Positions 1-12,519 of a stretch of 64,000 nt of DNA are shown here, in pieces (the first letter of the stretch is position 1; each line of letters starts with the position of its first letter). Below the pieces are notes generated by a model. The model did no database searches. It had not been told where the DNA came from and saw only the letters and a program-made list of their open reading frames with translations. This DNA is from Daphnia carinata (lineage: Eukaryota). Where the stretch lies: NCBI RefSeq assembly GCF_022539665.2, contig NC_081331.1, positions 930,001-994,000 of the forward strand, given 5' to 3'. The position numbers were made by a program, and so were the translations under genes.

Positions 1-2911
1 GAATCAAGATGAAAATGCTCACCAAAAGACGAAACATGAGGGCGCTAAAGACAGCAGAGAAGAAACCGCGCCTTTATCAATAGAATTTTCAATTAGTTCG
101 TTTACCTTTCCAGGTCAACCATTGCCATTCTAAAGTGAACTTACCAGTAATTTCGAATTGCAAAATATACGGAAGTGACTTCAATGCTAAACAGCACCCC
201 TATCGTTTCAATCAAGAATTATTTCCAAACCGGTGAATTGATTATGGTGCAACGAATGGACAAAATGCCTTTCGCCAATCGATTCCCTTACCTCCTATGG
301 GAGCACCAAGGCTGCAGGACACGCCCACGGCACAAGCAGCAGCTAACATATCAGTCTTTCGTGACTCGTTTTCGTAAATTCCTTTAAAAGAAGAGAGTAG
401 CTGCGACAAAAGTGTACCAACAATACTGCCGATATGAACTAGCGGACCCTGTTTAAACCGTTAGAATTTCGTATTTTGTGAAATCTGGTTCATCTGCCAG
501 CAAAAAAAAAAAAAAATATTATCTACCTCTTTTCCTAAGGGCATGCCAGAACCCAAGGCAGCAGTAAGGCCAACAGTTTTGGCAACTAGTGTGCGAAATG
601 TCAAATACTCTTTAAGGACCACGCCCCGCATGATAGTCTTCATTTCGGGAATCCCTGAGCCTGAAAGAGTTCAATAAATGCCGCCATGAGAATCAAGGTT
701 GTAAAATTTCGCGGTCTTTCATCCAAAGATGAATTATTAAGATTTAAAAAAAAAGGGGCATAAATACCGACAGCTTGGGGTGAAACTATAAATACGAAAC
801 CGGCCGCAAATAGAACGAGGGAGATGGGCAACGTGATCCAGGCCAAGTATTGAACAGCAGGATGGATGGTAAACTCATTATACATCCAAAGGCGAGCTTT
901 GGGCGTCCATAAAAATAAGTGTTGTCATAAAAGTAGTGAGTAAAATAAAATTTTTGTTTTTGTTTTAGCAAAACCTACCAGTAAAACACATGTAGATGCC
1001 CAAGTCCATGGTAAAGCTTAGGAGAGCCATTATTATGCCAAGTAGGGCAAGGAAAGCCCAATCTTCTCCTACTTTTGCGAACGTTTTGCTCCAAATGTAT
1101 TTGAGCAGTTGGAGAAAACGAGCAAACCACTTGCCATAATGAGCCTGCAGTTCCTTACTTCGTATCTTATCTCCGGTGACGCTCTTTCTTTCACGCCGGC
1201 GGATATGTTGCGCCTGTTCTTTAGCGTAATCAGCGAGGCTCCTCGAATATTGGCCGTACATCTTTTTAAAACAAAAAAAACAAAACATGTTATTCATGAA
1301 ACCCTACGGCTCTTTGTACTTTTTCTTAGAACACATCATAATCAAAAGAAGGTAAGAGGCTAATATAACTGTACTCTTTCTGCCAAATTTAATTTCACCG
1401 GCCATCAAGTAACGTTAAAATAATTTCTGTTGTTAGCCTAGATATCTGAATTCGTATTTAGGATGGTTAAGTGGGGCATGCGATAGTTCATAATCGGCGG
1501 TGAAGCAATGAAGGAAAGCGTTTGAAATTAAATATGACAGAAGGAAAAGTAAGATCGAACCGAAACAAAAAGAACTGTATATGAGAGTGCATTGTAAAGG
1601 TTCCCGGAAATCGTGGTTTATCATTTGTGGGCGATTCGGTATCACACCACCAGGAAGGGAAACTCGACGCCGTCGTGTGCATGAACGCAAACTACTTAAA
1701 ACTGATTCACAATTGATGACGAAGAGCGACGTGTCATTCACAAGAGGAAGGCCAAAACTAATTATGCTTAGTCACAATTTTTACTACACACCATTCATTT
1801 TGCCAACTCTTTGTATTGTTCGATGTCGTGTTGTCATTACAGCCCACGTACCAACAGGTATCGATTAATTGTATGCCATCCAGCTATTTATGATAACCTT
1901 CAGTTTTTCCAGTATCAAGTTCGAGTAATACAATGGGGCGTTGTCCCTTGTTTTTGTTTTTTTTGTCCTATCCCTGTTCACTTTCATTCTTTTAGTAAAC
2001 AGGTAAATCAGAACAAGGTTATCTTGATCTAAATAAAATCTTGATATTGTAATGCTTTCCATCCGTTACTGGGCTATAGCGCCTGTTAAGGCGTGCACAT
2101 GGTTTTTAGTTTCTGGTTTTCAATTCGCATAGAGGAAACGACGAAGGGGAAACCTGAAAGCCACAGTCTAGATCTTCTGGAAACTTCATAAATATTTGTC
2201 TTTGTACTTTTCCCAATTCAAGGAAGGTCGGTCCCTGGTACGAGAAACAGGAAAACACCTCACATTGCGGTCCATGGTTTTTTGTAAATGCATTTTGAAA
2301 TTCTTATAATGAGTAAGTGTACTGTGACGGTCAAAAACCGGAATCTTCACCGCTCGTCATCTTTGCATTACGGAGTTCCAACGCAAACAACAATCATGAA
2401 AATTACAGGCTGAAGGGGGATGTCCACGCGAGCCGCAGGTATTGAAATGAGTAAGCAAGAAAGTTAATAGATTTAGATTATGTCGGCTCTCTTTTCCAAA
2501 GGCATGTAACGAGCAGTTGCTTATCAGTCGAATAATAGATATCGCTATAGTTTGCCAGTGGGAAAAACGTGTAACGAAAGAGTCCCATTGCAACAACACA
2601 ATGAGGATGCAGTACAACGGTATTAGCGTCTGCAACGGGTTCACTTTTTTCTAATTTCGTTACTAGAATCATCTTAGTCTTCAATTTTTATCTTATTGAA
2701 TTACTGTGCAGGAAATGTCGGCATTGAAAATTCAACACACACAGTACAGAATATCCGCCATTAGGGTGATAACCTTTATTTGTGGTTGTGGTTTTCAATC
2801 TAATAATCTAGAGCAAATTTTGGAAAAAACGTCCAAACTTACCAAAGTTGTCTGGTAGCCCATCTCCAGTACATTTTTATTGTCGTTGCTTGCCACTTCT
2901 GCTGACGCCAT
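1..2911 (-). CDS. CLCN2: ClC-2/ClC-a-like chloride channel, tandem copy A (5' part only; gene continues past the left edge)
   Basis: Spliced exons: 2843-2911 [23 protein letters not shown], then MYGQYSRSL...[74 protein letters not shown]. ClC signature motifs and GT-AG introns. Confidence 0.93.
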
Positions 2912-4131
2912 TTTCGTGTGTTTCTTTTTTTTTATCGATATTTGCACTGATTACTTTTGTTCCCTTGAATTTTGGGGCGTTTGCACTACTATTAGAACAT
3001 GAGGTGTAAATGTTGTGATAGATGACTTTTGGCCCTGAAAAATGCTCGGAAAAACCACTAGATTTTGTTTTTCAAAAGTGTCCACTGACGTCAACAAAGG
3101 AACAAAAAAACCAAGGTCAACGATCTTTCAATAGCAACTCTAGTACTTTATTTAACCCCCCTAAGCAACTTTTTATTTACTTACTAATGATGGTCGAATT
3201 GAGAACAACGTGGGCACAACCCACCAACTAGAGCGCTCGGGCTCGACTGACGAAAGGCGTCTGAGTCACTTGGGTCCAACGACATGCACATGGGCCCCCC
3301 CTTCAGGCAGCCATACATTTATTTCCTTGAATTGCACCTATGGCCAGACATGCTGGGAAATGACCGATCAACGGGCAGAGATTTTGAACAAGGGATAAGG
3401 AAGTATCAAAGGTGACAATGTATCGGCGATCACGCTTTTTCCAGATAAAGAATTTTTCTAACCGATTTCTGTTGTCGTCTGCTGCAAACGTTTAAACTTA
3501 GCCGTTTTTTCGCTTACCATATTACGAGAAAATGGCACACGAAGGACTGGTCAACATAAAGGAAAAATCTATTCGTTTCGTGAATACAAATAAAACAAGG
3601 AATGAGACATGAAAGACAATAAATGGTACGAACTTGACATACCAAAACAGCTTGCTCGTGAAAAGAGAGGTCAACTCTGAGAAGTAAACAAGTGGCTTAG
3701 CATTCTGGTCAGGAAACAAAAGAAAATGAAAACGACAAAAAGCAAATAACGGAATGAGAGGGTATTGGTCACTTTTAAATTCTACAATGACGAGTCCAAC
3801 ATCTCGGGTAGAATAACTGAACTCATTGCATTACGAAATGGCGGTGTTGTTGACATGTCAATCAACAAACGTTTAGAGGGGGAAATGAGGTATTCATTCA
3901 AAGACGATTCTAAAGCAATCTATAAGTTTGAGCACAAAGGGAACACACGATGATATTTACGTTAAAAAGAAAGGCGAAATTAAATGCAATTAGCTTCAAT
4001 TCTAACATCATGTTCCATTTAGAACATAGTCCATAACACATTTTAATACTGATCCTCGCCTTTTTTTAAGTCCTGTTGCAATTTTCATTGCAATCAAACA
4101 TAGGAAAGTTTGATTTCATTTTACAACTGGT

Positions 4132-7100
4132 TTAATTACTATTGGTGTTAGAAGATTCTCCAGTCCTACTGGGGCATGCAAATCCACTGGGCACAATCAA
4201 TTTGATGCTATTGTCCTGCGGCAGGATCGTTGACGCAGTGTTCTCTACATCGACCGACACGGTTGGCAGTTGATGAACATCAAATTGCACCGGAATCACA
4301 AAGGCAGATGAAGGTGATTCGTCTTGGTCAGTCTCTGAATCAGAATCGGACACTCCGGGCAAATCGGGACCTGTGCGTACCAAAATAACGTTTTTGTGGT
4401 AAGAATTTTTTTTCCTTTTCTTTTGCAATTTTCACAAAAAAAAACAACAATACGGTTGTTTGCCTTGTACCTGTTTCGATGTCTTTCGGAGCGCCCGGGG
4501 AGACACCTTGAAGATCGAATTCGCCGCTCTCACCTTGACTGCTAAGGCTATAACGGTGAAATGCTAGAGACACACCTGAATTAACGTCTTCAATAGCCTT
4601 ACGTAGCTAGAATCAAAATTCCAGAAAAAAACAGGCTTTAACAAATGGCAATGTTGGGTAAAATCAAACAAGAGGGACTCACTTCTGATAAGGATACTAT
4701 TCCAATGAGCCGGCCAATCGTCGTAACATAAGCGCGATTGACGCCCAACAATGAGAACATTGAATGGACTTTGAGCAGGGAGGTTCGTTCAACTAGTTGA
4801 AACGGAGCGGGGTCTACGTGGCACATGTGGAAGTCTACTGGTTTAAGCATTTCACTTTCTTCCCATTCTTTCTTCTCTTCGGGTGTCATATCAATCGATT
4901 TACTCTGCATAAATCAAAAATCTGTAAAGTAATGTTCTTGTAAAATTTTAAAAACAAGTCTCACCGTTGCTCCAACGTTTTTGAACACATTTGGACTATT
5001 TGGTGTAGATGTGGAAGCAATAGAAAAATTAAAGATGCCTCCATTTGCAGTCGATTTGCGGATAAAAGCGCCTATGGCTTGTCGGAATTTGCTGTGTGAT
5101 GAAAAATGCATGAGAATCAGCCTTCGGTGCTGAATAATGTAGGATACTGACCTTCCTTCGGCCTCGTTTATCGTTGAAGTAGGAGTCGTATGGATCGCTT
5201 GTTGAGACGATGTTGGCCTAGTGGAACCGAAGCGATTAATTTTTTTCAGAATTGATTTTCTTGGTTGCGTTTCCTACAATGAAATGGTGGGAGACATTTT
5301 TTTTTAGCAATGCTTAAATAGAGCATATCAATGGGTCGATCCTACTTCATCTGTTTCAATAGACTGAATGGAAACGGGAGTTTGCGGCTCGGGTAACGGC
5401 AATAACGTGATCAGCTGGAGTTGCTGAAGTTGTTGCGATGAACGTTCAATTGCAGGTTCGGTTGAGCCACTCCCCAAATCATCTGCCGCTTTCACAACTT
5501 CGAACCGAGAAGTTTGTTGTTTGTTGCAATCCTGTGCTGGCGATTCTTTTGTTTTAACCAGACGACATGGTGGGGGATCAAGGTTTATCGGGATAACATG
5601 ACCGCAGCTCCTGCACGAAATTCAAATCATTAATCAGAACTTTCTTTCAAATTGGACTTGATCCAACACGAACTCACCTCGCCTGAATTTCCATTTGTCG
5701 TTGCGCAGCCACTTTCATGCGCCGTTCATGCCCAACGTGACGCTTTACAAGTTCGATCAGCTCACCGCGTTGAATAGATCCAAGGAGAACCATGTTTCCT
5801 ACAGAGTGGAAGGAATTGCAAATATGGGAAAATTGCTAAATATTCAGGAAGTAACAAACTTGGGTTATCCACAAGCGGAAAAGAGCGGATTTTCTGTCTT
5901 TCCCTTATAACGGCTTTCAGCTCTGCAAAAGTCATGCCATTCCAAATGTATTTGATGTTGCGATTCATGAAATCTTCAACGAAAATCTCGTAGGCAGCTG
6001 TTAATAAAAATCAGCTGTTATTTTAGCCAAATTTTTAAGCTTAATGATTTAAATACCACTGCTGGAAGATATGATGCCCGGTAAATATGGCAATTTCTTG
6101 ATCATGATAATTGAATCGTAAAGAGATGGTTGTAAAAGTGTAGAAATGGCATTAGAAACCAAGACGGCCACTAGGACAGGGATGATGTGTTGGATTTGCC
6201 CAGTCATTTCGGAGACAACCACGCAAATCGAGATGGAATGGGTCACACCAGCTGAAAATGCAGCTGCTCCTACGATAGCGTATCCTCCTGAATAAAGCCA
6301 ACGGTTTCATTTCCATTTTGCATAAAATTTGTGAATAGAAAAAATGCTGGACTATCTCATTACCTGGGAGGATAGGTGATATGATGGATCCTATGCGAAT
6401 TCCTTCTGGGAACCAAAGGTGCATAGCTTCGCCAATGATACGCCCAAAAGCCGCGCCGATTTTAAAAATTGGGATGAGACTGCCAGAAGGGACAGGAAGC
6501 GTAGAGGCCAACACGGTCATAAAAAACTATGAAAACAAACAACCGTTACTTTCGTCGAAATTATTCATGCGCACTGTTTTACGCGAATACCGTTGTGGCC
6601 ATGTAGATTCCAAGCGTAACAAAGAGATTGCTGTACTCATTTGTCCACTTAGAAACAATCTCAGCCTGCTCTGCCGTCAAGTCATCGCTCATCCAGGTAA
6701 AGTTGGAAAATAAACTCATGATTTGTTGTCGAGTGGTCAGTGTTGATACCAAGAACTGGCCCAAACCCGGAGGGAAGTACAAGGTTGCGATGAAAAGCGA
6801 AACCAGACCGGGATAGATAAAGCGACTAGTGGAATCGAATAATAATGAAACAAAAATTGTAGTGCAAAAGAAAGGCGAGTTGTTTGTTGTTGATTATGGT
6901 TATCAAATGCCAAACGTAAAATGAGACGATTAAAAAAAATATTGCGACTTACTTCTTTTGAAGAAACGCGCTGATTCTTTTATTTTTCCGCATGAAGAGG
7001 ACGTATTTCCTGTGACATAACACAAATAGGGCTCCCGATAAGCCACCAAAAGCCCTAATAATACAAAAGGCCGATAAAATCACGTGGAATGAGAATATAG

Positions 7101-10100
7101 TGAGGTGTCGGCTATAGCAATAAATCTATCAATTATCTCACCCAATCAGTGCGTAGATAAAAAGCTCATGGGGATCATAAGGAAAATCAACTCGAAAGTC
7201 GGTTCGAAACATTGCTGTCAAGGTTTCTGTTTGTTTTAAATAACAAATTAGATATCAGATTATTCATAAATGTTAATGGGAGAAAAATTGAAGGACAATT
7301 TTTTTACCTTCTGTTTCGAACCAGTAAGCCTGGACAAATAAGGAAAAATAATGCCAGAGTTAGTGAATGGGCTAATTAGTAAGAATTTTTGTATGGAATG
7401 CATTGTACCAAAAGCCGAAACATCAGAGCGCCAAAACTGCGGAAAAGAAGCCACGCCAATAATTACGGATGGCGAAATAAACGGACGTGACTTCAATACT
7501 AAACAGCACCCCTAAGAGAAAACAAAATTAATGAATAGGGAAAAAAAACTAACCTAACCCAACAAAGTTAATTACCTCCAATTGGTGCAGCAAAGTTACA
7601 GGAAACACCAACTGCGCAAGCGGCAGCCAACATTTCGCTGTTTCTCGACTCGTTCTCGTAAATTCCTTTGAAAGATGTCACCATCTTGGACATGAGAGTA
7701 GCCACGACGCTGGCAATGTGCACTAGGGGGCCCTAAAATTACCAAATCATAGTAACGGTAAAATGTTGATTCTACTAAAAATAATTATACCTCTTTGCCT
7801 AATGGCATGCCACTACCAAGCGCTGCCGTTAGAGCTACAATTTTTGCCACTCCGGTTCGGAATGTCAAATACTCTTTGAGAACGACACCTCGCAGAATAG
7901 TTTTCATCTCCGGTATTCCTGAACCTGAAATAAAATTTAACAACGAATGCGCTTTTATTAAATGAATCATAAGTTAAGGGCAAATAAAAATTACCTATAG
8001 CTTGTGGAGCTAGTAAGTAGACAAATCCAGCGGAAAAGAGGACGAGGAAGACGGGCAAACAAATCCAAGCTAGATAGCGTTCCGTTGGATGCGTAGCCAG
8101 TTCAAAATACATCCACATGCGCGCTAAAGGTAAAATTTCAAATTAATAGCCTTAGTTAAACATTATTTTTAATGAGAATTAACTTACCAGTGTTGCATAG
8201 ACTGACTCCGTAATCCATAATGTAGCTAAGCAAGGCCATGATGCTACCTAGGAGCGCCAAGAAGACCCAATCTTCACCGATTTTGGCGAACGTGTGTCGC
8301 CATAAAAAGGATATTAGCCGGAAGAATCGCGAAGTCCATTTGCCTTGATAAGAGCGTAGTTCCTTATTTCTTATCTTTTCCTCCCTTTTGTGATTCTTTT
8401 GCATTTCGCGTAATTCGGCAGCTTGTTCGCGGGCGTATTCGCCCAAACTCCGAGTGTACCGGCCGTACATCTTCGCATAGCACCGAACGCCACGATAAAT
8501 TTAAACGAAACAAAAACGAAAAGAAATTACGGTTTAAATGACTTAATTGACAAGGCAGCAAATCAGTACGAATTACAGAGTCTTAACAATGGGGCTTCGT
8601 ACTGATGTTCAACTTCAAATCAACTCTTGCATTTATTCAGTTTGCCCTAGACGACTCGTCTTCACTTTCGTCCAATCAGACGAAGAGTCACGATGATATG
8701 TGACAAGTGTTGATGGCCTCATCGTGTAGGAGGATGTGAAATCATCATTCAAAGCCCAAGGACTTGTAAACTGCAATCGATCTGAGCTGCTCTACTAGCT
8801 GTCCAATCGGAGAGCAGCGAAAACAAAACTCATCTTCCAAACACCCTCCCTCTTTGCTTCCATCAGCAGGAAGACGGAGGCAAAAGGATCAACCCATACC
8901 CCATAACACCGATACCAAAAGTCATTAGCCCTCTAAAACAAAACGGACACGATAAAAAATAAAAGGGTGTTTTGACCGCATTATCAGGCAATTCTTGCGT
9001 AATAGCCAGGAAGTAGGGATTGCTTGGTTTTCAATAACAATGGACAATAACCTGGTTAATGATGAAGTAATAATGGATGTAATGTCCAGCCAGTTTTTTT
9101 TTTTTTAATGAACAAAGTCGCCTCTACGTGATTTATGAGCGGACTGTAACACGAGGAGAGAATGAAAGTTATTAATGCCTAATGTGGTAATCAATTTGTC
9201 CAATTATATGGTTCTTTTTCCTTTCATTGTGAAGATCGTCACTTTGATTATTCTGGTTTGTACCGGCTTTTCCTTCAATGGGAAATGAGAAAAGTGCATA
9301 GCCATCATCACGCATGATGAGATCTCGATACTATGGTTACTGTTTGTAAACCAGCTTCTACGAGAGCAGTGTACGAGAGACTATCATTCGAGATCTTGTT
9401 TTGGATAACTCGTTCATTCATCATTTCTTTGGCATTACTTTCCACAACAGACAGAGATACACTTGTATTTGAATCGGATTGAACCAGTCAAACTTCATTC
9501 TTTGTCTACTTCCCATGCGATCAGCGTTGGTAATAAGATGACTTTGACACACAATGCCCCGTATCATCTGGCGAACTGCTTGGCCACCCAACAAAGCATC
9601 TCTCTAGCTTACAGACTGGGGATAGTATGTGTGTAGAACAACGATTTCTTTACACTGTTAAGTGTGACCCCAGGCTTATGGAAAATAGGCCGAAGAAAAA
9701 ACGAGGGGTTTCACGAAAGGGTTTTCCCCACCATGTGTTTTTCTATTTCCTTTTCTTTGACCACAAAAACGTGTAGTTTGAGGTTAACAATAGCTTCTGC
9801 CACACCGTTGGATGCCCTTAGTTACACAAGAAAATGGGGTCGTTTTCACTTCTAGCTTGCGGCTAAGAAGGGAAAGCAGCTGAGCCTTTAAACAGGCGGT
9901 GGCGGCTAAAAAATAGTAACACATATATGTGTGGTGTATCAGTGAACAAAGAGATAGATGGAAATCAATCAATCGCGAGATTAAATAATTCCCTGAAGAC
10001 AAATGCTGAAGTTCAATGAACTACAGGCAATGGGCGTTATTTGGTATCAAACCTGTCAGATTTCTCTGCCTACATTTCCAAAAAAACAACACAAAAGGCT

Positions 10101-10577
10101 ACGACAGTCAAGCAAGGTCGTCGGAGCTGATCGCTGTCCTCGAGCATCTTTGTGTTTAGCAAGGCCAAAACTAAAAATAAAAGCACCTCTCTCGACTAGA
10201 GGGTCATCGAGAGGATTGGGGGCGTACGGAACGACACTGAGCTATCGCCGTTGTTCTTTGAACTACTGGAAAATTCCAAGAAACAATGAAACCGCTACTT
10301 CAGATTAACATGAGTAAATACATCTAAATGCAATTAGCTACATCGCCATTTAAGCTGGGTAAGCTTTTTGTTCTCGATGACAGTTGACAAATTCAGACAC
10401 TACATCAACGATTGTTGCCCTAGCCGACAAAAACACAACAGTCTTCATTCGCAATTGTAAATACGGGATCCCACTGTAACGTAACAATAAAAAAAATCAG
10501 ATGAGATTCCAACTTACCACAGTTGTTTGGTATCCCATTTCGAGTTCACATGTTTGTGGTTTGTCGTCGGTCGCCAT
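4132..10577 (-). CDS. CLCN2: ClC-2/ClC-a-like chloride channel, tandem copy B (one apparent 1-nt frameshift at 7433-7436)
   Basis: First coding exon 10518-10577 [20 protein letters not shown]. Motifs [25 protein letters not shown] and SLYDSII, CBS domains ([31 protein letters not shown]), stop at 4132. The exons checked join in frame except at the T4 run at 7433-7436. Confidence 0.9.
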
Positions 10578-12519
10578 GTTTTGAAGCCAATGTCCTTGAT
10601 CGGTTGTTTTTGTTCTCGTTAACAGGCTAAGTGAAGAAACAGTCGAAACGATTCAGTTTCAGTATTTGCTTTGAGGTGCAAACACTTATTTAGTTTCAAC
10701 CTTTTCCCCACTGCTGTATCCAAAGCAAGACTGAGGGTTAGAGGCTGCTGGTAAGCCACTACACTACTAGTCTACTACCCTCTTTTCTTTTTAAAAGAAT
10801 TTTGTCTGGACAAGTTCAAGTGCCATGGAGAGAGGGGGGATGGAAGGTGCAAGGCGCCACCTTTACCCCATCAACAGGAATGGCCCGTCTACGGCAACAA
10901 ACTCAAATCTAAATATACAATTCACAAGACCTACCTCCCCACTTACGTATACAGCTCCAGGGCTAGAGATCTCAATCCATTTTAGTTTACATCAGCCATC
11001 GACATTGACGAATTTATTGAACCTCCCTAACAGCTTTATTTCACAGTGTTGTCTGCTATTAAGTTTTGAAAATGTATGGGTGGTAAGAAATGCGAGTTCG
11101 GCGAACTTACCAGAAACTGTATGGGCGGAATTTTTCAATTTTTTGTTATCACCTTATGCAATTTCTTGTTATTCACTGACCTCATTACTGAAATCCTATC
11201 AAAGTCCACATCATAATGGCATTGTGGCATTGAACACTGGTAAAGCGAACACGATCGACCTAATTTTTCGTCTGCCGACCATTTGAAAAACAATTCCCAT
11301 TTGTTATGTAACTCGTTTGTTTTACTAAACAACGCCCCCTACCGCGCGATGTGGGGAAGAATGTACCACATCCAGCACTTTTGTTTTTGTTTACACACAT
11401 GTCTTGAGAACGCACCGTAACACATATGGTGTTCTAGTGTAACCCAATATCCTTCACACTTCCGAATAACATGTCTCTTCGGAAACAAAACATCTGCTGA
11501 TGGGGTTTCCCGTTTCAGTTGAAAAAGAACAATCCCTTTACCGAGCACATTTAAAGGATGATTTATTTGCCAAAATTTTACACCGGTGGCGTACATAATC
11601 TGTATAACACAACTGGAAATCGGTTATTAGAGAAAGGAAAATGGTTAAAGGCCAGACGACGGACGTTAAAAATGCATCAAAAAGCGTTTCTTGATTTCGT
11701 GGAAGGCGGTCTATTGAATATATGTGTATGGGTTATTATTGTGTTGTTCAAATCACTTGCATACAATCACTCTATACCAATTACATGTACAGGAAAGGTC
11801 TAAATTCTTTTCGACAACAATTCTACCATACTCACAAATAGTTGAAACATAGGGGCAGAAGAGACGGATTCAAGGTTCAGAAAAGATCAGGGAATGAATT
11901 ATGAGATGCGTCCCCATAGAAATATATCTAATAAAAAAACGCTCTATTTCATACGGGTAAATCCATATACGTGCATGCTGCTGGTCTTTTCGAAACGAAT
12001 CGAGCATGTATAACGTTCTACACTACTAAAATGATACAATTTAATACAGTTGTGGTACTTCATTTAAAACTTGCGAGGAAACAGCCAAAAAATATTAAAA
12101 CAGATTTGTTTGCAATCTATAAGTGGGATGGGTTGGTCGAGGGAAAGATTAAAACATTGAAGAGACAAAATACAAGCACACGTTCCAGGTTCACGAGGTT
12201 CAAAACGAATACGCACCTAAACACACACACACACACACATCTATCGGGAATACAGTTTTGTTTTTTAAAAACAATAAAATTGGCTACACCACATTGATTT
12301 CGTTTGGATTTTCTGAAAACCGGGTGCATGGTGTTTTTTAAGACACAAAAGGCAAGGCACTGTATCTTTCTTCGTTGATTCACACATCTAATTCACTGGC
12401 TATTCGCTAGGAATAATACCGATACACCTCATTAGTGCTACTTCTATAGCTAATCAGTTTGACAAACATTACAAAAAAAAAAAGTGTTTCGTAATTTCAA
12501 AAATAAAGAAACGAGTTTT

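Noticed and set aside
1433..1741. 102-aa ORF with RRRRVSLP in the first intron of ClC copy A as an alternative N-terminus
   Set aside because: No convincing in-phase donor links it to the MYGQY exon, and it has no counterpart in the other paralogs.
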